The position numbers and the translations under genes were made by a program. A DNA stretch of 64,000 nucleotides from Longimicrobiales bacterium (GTDB taxonomy: Bacteria; Gemmatimonadota; Gemmatimonadetes; Longimicrobiales; Gaopeijiaceae), in the NCBI GenBank assembly GCA_963422615.1, contig OY730414.1, positions 558,001 to 622,000 of the forward strand, written 5' to 3'. Of this stretch, positions 1 through 8,405 are shown one piece after another. The notes below the pieces were generated by a model. It ran no database searches and had not been told where the DNA came from. It was given only the letters and a program-made list of their open reading frames with translations. Each line of letters begins with the position of its first letter. The stretch's first letter is position 1.

Positions 1-1
1 A

Positions 2-802
2 GCCGTACCGGACACGACGGTCGGCTACGAGACGCGCTACAGCCCCGCTCTGGCAGCGGTGCAAAAGGGGGAGGACGCCTTCGTTTCATTCATCCTCGAA
101 GGCCAGCCCGAGCCTCCCCTCTACTTCGGGCGAATGAAGAGGGACAACCGCCGGGGACCGCCTTTCTTGGGCGCACTCCCGCAACCCCGCCGCTTGTCGG
201 CGTCGGAGTTGGCGGGGCTTTCGACCCTCGACGGCTCGGTGATCGTGGATACCCGGAACGACCGACTCTCTTACTACGCGGCTCATATTCCCGGGTCCAT
301 CTATGCGCCCCTGAACAAGGCATTCCCGACGGTGACCGGCTCCTACATCGATCCGGCTCGGGAGATCGTCTTGCTCTGCCACAGGGAAGAGGTGGAGGAA
401 GCGGTGCGGAATCTGATTCGCATCGGCCTCGACCGGATCGCTGGTTGGGCGCCTCCCGGGGAGATCGAGGCGTTGCAGGCCGCCGGGGGGACGCTGACGG
501 CCACCGAGGCCATCGACTTCGCCGAAGTCGACCGCCGCCGGGGGGACCCGGATGTCCATATCCTCGACGTCCGCCGCGCCGCCGAGCACGCCGAGGCCCG
601 GATCGAAGGCGCGTCCAACATCGCCCACACCCGCCTGACTCGGCGACTGGACGAGTTGCCCCGCGACAAGCAGCTCCTGGTCCATTGCTTCAGCGGGGCG
701 CGGGCGTCAGCGGCCGCCTCCCTTCTGGAGCGGGAGGGCTTCCGTATCACCGCCGTAAACGACCTCTTCCCCAATGCCGTTGGTGGCGTCACACGCGGCT
801 GA
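2..802 (+). CDS. MBL-fold hydrolase / tandem rhodanese-domain protein (CstB/Blh-like persulfide dioxygenase-sulfurtransferase), 5' end outside window
   Basis: Frame is open from base 2 (AVPDTTVGYETRYSPAL..., typical of the end of the MBL domain). It continues with QPEPPLYF, a first rhodanese domain (DTR...HIPGS) and a second with the active-site loop HCFSGARAS. Confidence 0.85.
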   Translation, partial: AVPDTTVGYETRYSPALAAVQKGEDAFVSFILEGQPEPPLYFGRMKRDNRRGPPFLGALPQPRRLSASELAGLSTLDGSVIVDTRNDRLSYYAAHIPGSIYAPLNKAFPTVTGSYIDPAREIVLLCHREEVEEAVRNLIRIGLDRIAGWAPPGEIEALQAAGGTLTATEAIDFAEVDRRRGDPDVHILDVRRAAEHAEARIEGASNIAHTRLTRRLDELPRDKQLLVHCFSGARASAAASLLEREGFRITAVNDLFPNAVGGVTRG

Positions 803-807
803 ACGGA
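765..807. repeat. 43-bp direct repeat, copy 1 (3' end and stop codon of the rhodanese gene)
   Basis: TCTTCCCCAATGCCGTTGGTGGCGTCACACGCGGCTGAACGGA; 41/43 identical to 2570-2612. Confidence 0.95.
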
Positions 808-1039
808 GGATACTGACCGTCAATCATCCACGGAGGACGAGAAGGGAGAGGGCCGCGATTTCGGCCCGGGAGAGGCGGTCCCCCATGACTTGGTCATTGA
901 TCCAAAGCCTTGTAGTTTGGGGGCACGACCCGAGCTTAGGGGTGCGACCCGCTTGAGCCTTCCCCGCCACAACCCGGCGTATTTCCGGATTTCCCACCGG
1001 GCATGGGCATCCATCCGTAGGTCAGGAAGGCGAGCAGGG

Positions 1040-1068
1040 TTGACATTTCAGACACCGGTCCCCATCCT
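1040..1068 (+). promoter_or_regulatory. Putative sigma70 promoter for the lipoprotein pair
   Basis: TTGACA (1040-1045), 17-nt spacer, CATCCT (1063-1068, weak -10), about 105 bp upstream of the ATG at 1175. Confidence 0.35.
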
Positions 1069-1174
1069 GGTTCCAGCTTTCAGAGAGTTAGGAAAGTACG
1101 GATCTCCCAGGCTCAAGCGACCGAGGAGGGCTCATCATTAACTGACCTTGTCTTACTCGCTTTTGGGGAGAGTC

Positions 1175-1606
1175 ATGATGATCAATGCCAAGAAGCTTTT
1201 TCTGGCGACCGCGCTTGGCTCGGTGGTTGCCGCGGCAGCGTGTGATACCAGTCCGACGCTGCCCTCGCAACCCACCGAAGCCACAGAACCGGATATCTGG
1301 GAGGTCGTCTTTGAGATGACGGAAGCCCTAGGTGGAAGAGTGGCGGTAGGCTTTTCACAATTCGAAGAAGAAGGGGTCATCCGGATCAGTGTACTTCCAC
1401 CCAGCACATTGCCACCGGGAGCGATGGAAAGCGATGACGACCCCATCTGCAGTAAGTCATTTGATTCAGGTTGGTGGGGGAACATGAAATTCGCCAAGTG
1501 TGTAACAAACGCGATGGAAATTGACGTGTGCAACAACGGTGGACAAGATTTCAAGATTGAAATGGTTTGGGGGAAAGAAAAATTCCATACCTATTGCCCT
1601 GAATAG
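1175..1606 (+). CDS. Hypothetical lipoprotein with four conserved cysteines (paralog 1)
   Basis: GGAG RBS then ATGATG at 1175; basic N-terminus, hydrophobic stretch and lipobox AAA-C; motifs PIC...FAKC...DVCNNGG.DF...HTYCP. Confidence 0.8.
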   Translation: MMINAKKLFLATALGSVVAAAACDTSPTLPSQPTEATEPDIWEVVFEMTEALGGRVAVGFSQFEEEGVIRISVLPPSTLPPGAMESDDDPICSKSFDSGWWGNMKFAKCVTNAMEIDVCNNGGQDFKIEMVWGKEKFHTYCPE

Positions 1607-1675
1607 CCAAATCACCGAAGAAGAATCAATAACGAATCACATTTAGCCTAATCAACCTTGAAGAGGGTAATCTAA

Positions 1676-2146
1676 ATGAAAATTAAACCACAAGTCGGTG
1701 CCTTGCTTCTTATTGCAGTTCTTGGTGTAGTCTACGCCGCCTGCTGGCCGACCTCTAGCCCCGTCCAGCCCGAAGACACCGCCGCCAAGCCCGTGAGCCC
1801 CGAGGTCTTAAAGTGGTCCGCGATCATTGCAACCGTCAAAGCTGTCGGCGGGCGAGCATCAATATCTAGGTCCCAAAGCGGCGAAAGCGAAGATTTCATC
1901 ATTGCTGCTCTACCAACCGATTCCTCGGCACACTTCGGGATCATGGCAGCGGGCCCCGATTCCATCTGTGAAACCGAAGACGAGGGGCTTGACGGCATGG
2001 GGCTTGACGGCATGGAAACATTCGCCGAATGTGCCAAGAAGGTGGACGAAGCCGACGTGTGCGGTAACGGCGGCGATTCCTTCCACCTTGAGATCAACCC
2101 GGAAGAGGGATCCATACACTTACACTTACACTGCCCCAATAAGTAA
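1676..2146 (+). CDS. Hypothetical lipoprotein with four conserved cysteines (paralog 2)
   Basis: GAGGG RBS; signal peptide ending YAA-C; motifs SIC...FAEC...DVCGNGGDSF...HLHCP matching paralog 1. Confidence 0.8.
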   Translation: MKIKPQVGALLLIAVLGVVYAACWPTSSPVQPEDTAAKPVSPEVLKWSAIIATVKAVGGRASISRSQSGESEDFIIAALPTDSSAHFGIMAAGPDSICETEDEGLDGMGLDGMETFAECAKKVDEADVCGNGGDSFHLEINPEEGSIHLHLHCPNK

Positions 2147-2509
2147 TTAAGAGACCGGCGGGGCTTCGCCTTCGTACAAGGCATTAGGCCTTAATCGGAC
2201 CCGAGCGCGGTCGGTGCTGGCATGTCCCTCCTTACGCCGAACAGGCGCGGCACCAATTCCAAGGCGGGATTCCGGAACGCCCGGACTGCCGTCGACGTCG
2301 GCTTGGGAAGCGGGCATGTACTTTGACATTCAGGGCCCCACGGGCAAGGGCCCCACGGGCATGACGGCATTGAGCTGGGTTACCTTCTCTCCGCCAAAGA
2401 GCTGAACCGCCCGGATGCCGCCCTGAACCCTCTGGCCGGGGTGGAGCCCACCAGCATCCGGGAGCTGGGCCGGGCTTGACCGATCGCTTTTTCGCAGCTC
2501 CTGCGAGGC

Positions 2510-2540
2510 ACCCCCTCCTTCGGTGGGGGCAGGAGGGGGT
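2510..2540. other. Perfect 10-bp inverted repeat (stem-loop) near the right islet boundary
   Basis: ACCCCCTCCT (2510-2519) / AGGAGGGGGT (2531-2540), 11-nt loop, no U-tract. Confidence 0.5.
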
Positions 2541-2569
2541 GGTAACCGGCCGCAGCCAGGTCTTCCCCA

Positions 2570-2612
2570 TCTTCCCCAATGCCGTTGGCGGCGTCACAGG
2601 CGGCTGAACGGA
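2570..2612. repeat. 43-bp direct repeat, copy 2
   Basis: TCTTCCCCAATGCCGTTGGCGGCGTCACAGGCGGCTGAACGGA; immediately preceded by an extra TCTTCCCCA (2561-2569). Confidence 0.95.
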
Positions 2613-2647
2613 TGGGTTATCGGGCGATTGCGTACCTTGGGTGGTGG

Positions 2648-3304
2648 TTACTTCGTGGCGTCCGGGCTGCCCTCCAAGGCGCGGTGTTGCAACCGGTAAA
2701 CGAAAACGGCCAGCACACCTCCCGCCACCGGCCCCGCCCAGTACAGCCAAAGGGCACCGACAGACCCACCTCCGGCAAGGGCGGCCAGAATCGGCCCCGT
2801 CCCCACGGCCGGGTTGAACGCGCCGCCGGAAAGTCCGCCGACGGCAAAGGCCCCCGTCATGACGGTGAAGCCGATGGCCAGTCCGTAGTACGAGTTCCCC
2901 TCGGTGCGGGGACAGGTGGCCACGTTCAGGATCACAAGGACGAGCGCGAAGGTGAACAAGACCTCGGCCGCCAGGGCCACGGCTGTGGAGGTGTCGGCGC
3001 CCGGTGCCACCGTCAGGAAGTCACCGATGAGTCCCCGGACCAGGAATGCAGCGGACAGGCCTCCAGCAATTTGCGCCACGACGTACGGGAAGACCTCCTT
3101 CCGGTCCAGTTTTCCACGCATCGCGACCGCAATGCTGACCGCGGGATTGTAGTGAGCGCCGGAGACATGTCCGCCCATGTAGACCATTACCATGAGTACG
3201 GCCCCGATGGCGAGGGGAGCGAGGGCGACTTCCTGACCGACGGTCAGACCGATGGTGAGTACGAGAAAGAAGGTGCCGACGAATTCGGTGATATACCTGG
3301 CCAT
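2648..3304 (-). CDS. Aquaporin / MIP family channel
   Basis: EFVGTF start, SGAHYNPAVS and SGGAFNPAV (two NPA motifs), about six hydrophobic segments. Confidence 0.95.
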   Translation of the reverse strand: MARYITEFVGTFFLVLTIGLTVGQEVALAPLAIGAVLMVMVYMGGHVSGAHYNPAVSIAVAMRGKLDRKEVFPYVVAQIAGGLSAAFLVRGLIGDFLTVAPGADTSTAVALAAEVLFTFALVLVILNVATCPRTEGNSYYGLAIGFTVMTGAFAVGGLSGGAFNPAVGTGPILAALAGGGSVGALWLYWAGPVAGGVLAVFVYRLQHRALEGSPDATK

Positions 3305-3350
3305 GGGTTGAGTAGCTCCGGCGACGGGCGAAAAAGGAGAGGAGAGGCGG

Positions 3351-4286
3351 ATGAAGCCAGCAGCAATGATAAGCCGGTCGGCGGCGGAGGGCCACGCAGC
3401 CTTGGGAAGTCTCCGATGCCGCCGCGGATACTTCGAGTGGGGAAGGGTCGTAGCGGTTCTGGCGGCCTTCTTTCCGCTGGCTTGGGGCTCGGGGCTGGAA
3501 GCTGGCCAGTCCGGGGAAGGCTGGGGCTACTCCGGGGAGCTCAGCTTCGTTCGCGCCGATGGAAACGCCGAGTCTTCCACGATGGGTGTGGCGAACACCG
3601 TGATCCGCTCCTGGGACCGAACCGAGGTCAAGATCGAATCCGGGGGGATCCGGACCCGGACCACGCGGTTCAGGCGGGTCGCCGTGGGCACCGCTTCGAA
3701 CTACCGAATTGCCGACAATAGGGAAACGGAGGTCTCGGCAGAGAACTACTACCTGCGGGGCCGAATCGACCTGCGGTTCTCGAACCGAACCGCCGTATTC
3801 GTCCAGTCAGGGTGGATTCGGAACACCTTGGCCGGAGTCGCCAACCGCTACGTCAACGTGTCCGGGGTTTCCATACGGTGGGCCCAGGACGACAGGCACG
3901 GCTTCCGAACCGGTTTGGGCCTCACCTACACCCGACAGGACGATGTGGTCGTCGACCCCACCGCCACGGGACGCTTCTTCGGGCTGCAGATGTCGTCGGA
4001 GTATCGTCGGAACGTAACCGCCAACACGGTCTGGACGAGCAGCTTGGTTGTGGACGGAAACGGCGAAGATACGTCGGACCTCCGCGGTGACTGGGGCAAT
4101 GCCGTGAGCGTAACCATGAGCGAGCGACTGGGCTTGAAAACCAACTTTCGCCTCCTGTTCGACAATCAGCCGTCCCTGGCGAGCGTGCCTCTCGAGTCAC
4201 CCGAAGGGACAGCAGCCGGGACGGTATTGGTCCGGCGCCGCAAGCTGGACCGCGTTCTGACCGTCGCGCTGGTGATCAGCTTGTGA
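3351..4286 (+). CDS. DUF481-like outer-membrane beta-barrel protein (start uncertain)
   Basis: Signal-like segment, then alternating beta-strand pattern, ADGNAES, AENYYLRGRID and FDNQP motifs; C-terminal strand LTVALVISL. Confidence 0.7.
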   Translation: MKPAAMISRSAAEGHAALGSLRCRRGYFEWGRVVAVLAAFFPLAWGSGLEAGQSGEGWGYSGELSFVRADGNAESSTMGVANTVIRSWDRTEVKIESGGIRTRTTRFRRVAVGTASNYRIADNRETEVSAENYYLRGRIDLRFSNRTAVFVQSGWIRNTLAGVANRYVNVSGVSIRWAQDDRHGFRTGLGLTYTRQDDVVVDPTATGRFFGLQMSSEYRRNVTANTVWTSSLVVDGNGEDTSDLRGDWGNAVSVTMSERLGLKTNFRLLFDNQPSLASVPLESPEGTAAGTVLVRRRKLDRVLTVALVISL

Positions 4287-5078
4287 TGGAGCTGAAGAGC
4301 CGGTAGGTCGCCTATGAAGACCTGCAGCGTCTCGGCAGCTCCCCGTTCCCTTCGAAGAAGTTGAGATCGGCCGAACCGATACTGCGGTCGTTCGGCACAG
4401 AAGCTGCAGGTCAGTTCCGCTTCCCTTATCCAGGGCGACGGCCCGGCCGGAGCGGAGAGCGAAGTCGCTCCCCTCAACGAAGGGTTCTCCGAAACGAAGA
4501 AGCGCGGTGACTACCTCTTGGCCCGGCTGGATCACGAGGATGTAGAGCCGGTCGTACTCCATTTCGTCAATGGACCCCTGGGGGTCGCCTCCGAGGGCTC
4601 CGACGAGCTGGGGTGTGGTGTTGCTGTGGCCCGCAACGAAATAGCGACCCGGTCTGGCTCCGATGGTGGCGGCCAAGTCCTCCAGGTCGTCGGGTTCGTA
4701 TACCCTGGGCACCAAGCCTGCGTCTTCCGCAATGGGGCGCGCCGTTTGCTGCGTACGCTTCCAGTCGGTCGTGTATACATCGGTTAGCCCGGCGTCGGCC
4801 ATGAGGGCCCTCAATGTCTGTACCCGAATCTGTCCGGCAAGGGTCAGAGGGGGATCTTCAGTCCCGTCGTCGGCCTTCTCCGCGTGACGGACGAGGTAGA
4901 CGATCGCGGCTTGACTTTTGTCCGCCGCTGCCCCGCCGGGGCCGTTCTGCAGCCAGGGAACGTAGGTTGCCGATGCGGGTCTTGGTGTCACTAGGAAGCC
5001 GCTCGAGGCGATGGACACAATCGTAATCAGGGGAATCCCAGGGATGAATCGTCGGGTCATTTGATTCCAGGCTTTCAT
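4197..5078 (-). CDS. Histidine phosphatase (phosphoglycerate mutase / SixA-like) family, probably exported
   Basis: YLVRHAEK catalytic motif, PPLT..G..R, KRTQQTA, VAGHSNT; N-terminal hydrophobic segment. The C-terminal ~85 aa look non-homologous and overlap the DUF481 gene. Confidence 0.85.
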   Translation of the reverse strand: MKAWNQMTRRFIPGIPLITIVSIASSGFLVTPRPASATYVPWLQNGPGGAAADKSQAAIVYLVRHAEKADDGTEDPPLTLAGQIRVQTLRALMADAGLTDVYTTDWKRTQQTARPIAEDAGLVPRVYEPDDLEDLAATIGARPGRYFVAGHSNTTPQLVGALGGDPQGSIDEMEYDRLYILVIQPGQEVVTALLRFGEPFVEGSDFALRSGRAVALDKGSGTDLQLLCRTTAVSVRPISTSSKGTGSCRDAAGLHRRPTGSSAPSQADHQRDGQNAVQLAAPDQYRPGCCPFG

Positions 5079-5341
5079 GGGAGCTCGCTCCCGAAAAACT
5101 GCATACAGGATGGCATACGGAACGACATACGAAACAATATTCTTATACCTGAAGTCGGAAAACGCAAGATTATTGGTTCCAAACGATTATGGAGAGTTCG
5201 GCAACTTGGGAACATATGATTTCGACGGGTCCGTTTCCAGTAGCCGTGAATTAGTCTTGATGCAGAAGAAGCTCCTGATCCGTCCCGAATTGCGAAGAAA
5301 ACTGGTCTGCAAGGGGGTTTCGACCCTATCTTGGACGGGTT

Positions 5342-5739
<398 letters not shown>

Positions 5740-5855
5740 GACACTCTCTCTCCCCGTCTCGGGCCTAGTGCGTCCTGCCTCGTTGGCGGGACGGGTAATC
5801 GGTCCTGACCTTGACCCGGTGCCAGGCCCTGGGGATCGTTACATTCTGTGCACAC

Positions 5856-5929
<74 letters not shown>

Positions 5930-5949
5930 CTTCCCGCTGCGTGCCGGCG

Positions 5950-6762
5950 TCATGTCGGCGGATCCATTGATTGGGCTTTCGCTTGGTCTTCGGAGGGCGG
6001 AGTGGTGGCCAGGCCGGGACTGCTGGGGGAGGGGCGGAGCCGCAACGGCTCGGTGTTTCGGATTCGTTTTCGGACTCTCAGGTTCAGGGCTTCCACGAAG
6101 ATCGAGAACCCCATAGCGAAGTAGATGTATCCCTTCGGGATGTGCTGGCCAAAGCCCTCCGCGATCAGGATCATGCCCAGAAGCAGAAGAAAACTCAGGG
6201 CCAGCATTTTCACGGTGGGGTGCTCGTTGACGAACTTCGCCACCGGGTTCGCGGCGATCATCATCACCACCACGGCCAGCACGATGGCGATGACCATCAC
6301 CTGAAAGTCTTCGGCCAGCCCGACCGCAGTGACCACCGAGTCGAGGGAGAAAACCATGTCCATGACCGCAATCTGGAAGATGACAGCCCCGTAGCTCACG
6401 GATCGGGCGGTGTCCCCGCTCTCGTCTTCCCCTTCAAGACGGTGATGGATCTCCCGGGTTGCCTTGGTGAGGAGGAAGAGCCCGCCCCCGGCAAGGATGA
6501 AGTCGCGCCCGGAGAACGGGTGTCCGAAGAGGCTGAACCAGGGCTCGGTGAGCCTCATGATCAGGGAGATGGTTGCCAGCAGGCCGATGCGGCTCACCAT
6601 GGCGAGGATCAATCCGGTCCGCCGGGCCCGTGCCTGTATGTGTTTCGGCAGTTTGTCGGCAAGGATCGAGATGAAGACGATGTTGTCGATCCCCAGGACG
6701 ATCTCCAGGATCGTCAGCGTCGCGAGGGCGACCCAGGCTTCCGGGCTTGAGATCCATTCCAT
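5950..6762 (-). CDS. TerC family integral membrane protein
   Basis: LEIVLGIDNIVFISI, GGLFLL.KAT.EIH and DMVFSLDSVVTAVG motifs. Confidence 0.93.
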   Translation of the reverse strand: MEWISSPEAWVALATLTILEIVLGIDNIVFISILADKLPKHIQARARRTGLILAMVSRIGLLATISLIMRLTEPWFSLFGHPFSGRDFILAGGGLFLLTKATREIHHRLEGEDESGDTARSVSYGAVIFQIAVMDMVFSLDSVVTAVGLAEDFQVMVIAIVLAVVVMMIAANPVAKFVNEHPTVKMLALSFLLLLGMILIAEGFGQHIPKGYIYFAMGFSIFVEALNLRVRKRIRNTEPLRLRPSPSSPGLATTPPSEDQAKAQSMDPPT

Positions 6763-6888
6763 CGATGTTACTCATAAAGGGCGAACGTGGCTCCACCATA
6801 TAAGATAATCCATAGCGCCAAGCCCGGGCCTGGAGAAGGGAGCGTTCGGCCGTCCGGAACCGATTGGTTTGGTAATGAGTAGCAATTT

Positions 6889-6935
6889 GTCGCGCCGGAG
6901 CATGAACGTCGCGCCGGAGCATCCGGATGCTCCGG
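6889..6935. repeat. 15-bp direct repeat overlapping a perfect 22-bp palindrome in a divergent intergenic region
   Basis: GTCGCGCCGGAGCAT at 6889-6903 and 6908-6922; CCGGAGCATCCGGATGCTCCGG at 6914-6935. Confidence 0.8.
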
Positions 6936-7049
6936 ATTCCATACACCGTCTTCCAAGGAATTTCGCGGGGCAGATAGGAGCCCCGACCCTTGGCAGCGGG
7001 GACCTAAACCACAATCTTGCGACACCACGCCCACATAAGGAGGGTGCGC

Positions 7050-7580
7050 ATGCGGGTCTCGAAAAGAACCCTGACCATTGTGCCGCTTCTTTTCTTGTCC
7101 GAAGCACTCCATGGACAAGCCAGCGGCCCCGAAAGAGCCTACCTGCACGCCGTGGCCGAGCACTTCGGTACGCCCGGGCAGGAGGTTTTGGTGCTTTCCC
7201 AGTGGAGCCTTTCTGTCGGAGAGATTCCGGTGGTCCTGTTCCTGGCGGACCGAGCGGGCATTTCTCCCGATGTCGTGGTGGCTCAGCGGCAGCGCGGCCG
7301 ATCCTGGATGGACATCGCCCAGGAGTTTTCGTTGCACGCGGGGGACTTCCATGTTCGCGTTGAAGGCTCCCCCGGCTTCCTCGCCGAAGCCTACGCTCGG
7401 TTCGGCTCCCTGGATGCGTCCCGGTGGAGTACGGTTTCCCTATCCGATGTGGAGGTTGTCGGGCTCGTGAATGTCCGCTTCCTGTCCCGCTTTTTGGGGG
7501 TGTCTCCTTCCCGGGTGGTTCGGGAACTGGGGAGCGGCAGTGTGGTGGAGGGCTATCAGCGGTTGCGAGGCGGCGGTTGA
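7050..7580 (+). CDS. Hypothetical exported protein
   Basis: AAGGAGG RBS before ATG 7050; signal peptide ending ALHG-Q; predicted helical domain with [11 protein letters not shown]. Confidence 0.7.
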   Translation: MRVSKRTLTIVPLLFLSEALHGQASGPERAYLHAVAEHFGTPGQEVLVLSQWSLSVGEIPVVLFLADRAGISPDVVVAQRQRGRSWMDIAQEFSLHAGDFHVRVEGSPGFLAEAYARFGSLDASRWSTVSLSDVEVVGLVNVRFLSRFLGVSPSRVVRELGSGSVVEGYQRLRGGG

Positions 7581-7584
7581 AGAC

Positions 7585-8271
7585 ATGGCGCGGACCTCCG
7601 CCTTGACCGAACCCCGTTTCACCCCCCTGGAAAACCACGTCGAATATCCGCCCCAGGAAATGGTGCGGCGGGCCGCAAGCTTTCGCAGGGACGTGGCGCG
7701 AAGGCGGACCGTGAGAGCGTACAGCCGCCGCAGGGTTCCCCGCAGGGTCATCGAGGAGTGCATTCGAGCCGCCGGGACGGCCCCCAGTGGCGCCAACCAC
7801 CAGCCCTGGCACTTCGTCGTCGTCTCCGACCCCGGGATCAAGGCGCGGATTCGGACCGCCGCCGAAGAGGAGGAGCGGGCCTTCTACAACGGAGGCGCCC
7901 CGCAAGAGTGGCTGGATGCCCTTGCCAGACTGGGAACCGACGAACACAAACCGTTCCTGGAAACGGCTCCCTACCTCATTGCCATCTTTGCCCAGCGCTA
8001 TGAGGTTCTGCCGGAGGGCGGCAAGATCAAGAACTACTACGTTCAGGAGAGCGTGGGGATCGCCACGGGGATCCTCATTACGGGACTCCACCGCGCCGGC
8101 TTGGTGACGCTCACCCACACGCCTTCGCCCATGAACTTCCTGAACGAGATTCTCGGAAGGCCCCGCCACGAACGACCCTTTCTGCTCCTCGTCGCGGGGT
8201 ACCCGGCCAAGGATGCTCGCGTGCCGGAGATCACGAAGAAGTCGATTGAGTCCATCGCCACCTTTCTATAA
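7585..8271 (+). CDS. Nitroreductase superfamily, iodotyrosine deiodinase (IYD)-like
   Basis: [45 protein letters not shown] and LTHTPSP motifs. Confidence 0.88.
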   Translation: MARTSALTEPRFTPLENHVEYPPQEMVRRAASFRRDVARRRTVRAYSRRRVPRRVIEECIRAAGTAPSGANHQPWHFVVVSDPGIKARIRTAAEEEERAFYNGGAPQEWLDALARLGTDEHKPFLETAPYLIAIFAQRYEVLPEGGKIKNYYVQESVGIATGILITGLHRAGLVTLTHTPSPMNFLNEILGRPRHERPFLLLVAGYPAKDARVPEITKKSIESIATFL

Positions 8272-8405
8272 AGGGGTGATTTTCGGGCGTACGTCTGCAA
8301 GGGAGGAGGGCGGGGTGAGGGTTGCCCGACGTCACGGCGGCTCCTCCCCTCTGAGGCGGGTGCTGGTGTTGGAACCGTGTCCAGAAATGCAATCAGGGGA
8401 AGATC

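Larger units (their letters stand above)
808..2569. mobile_element. Small genomic islet between direct repeats, no integrase or transposase visible
   Basis: Flanked by the 43-bp repeat, visibly AT-richer than the flanks (especially 1350-1730), and carries two paralogous ORFan lipoprotein genes. Confidence 0.6.

Noticed and set aside
2579..3721. 380-aa + strand ORF starting inside repeat copy 2
   Set aside because: Antisense shadow of the aquaporin and off-frame overlap with DUF481; low-complexity R/G/P composition.
6763..6900. Possible yybP-ykoY (Mn) riboswitch upstream of terC
   Set aside because: The GAGTAGC-like motif is on the wrong strand and the other conserved elements are not visible.
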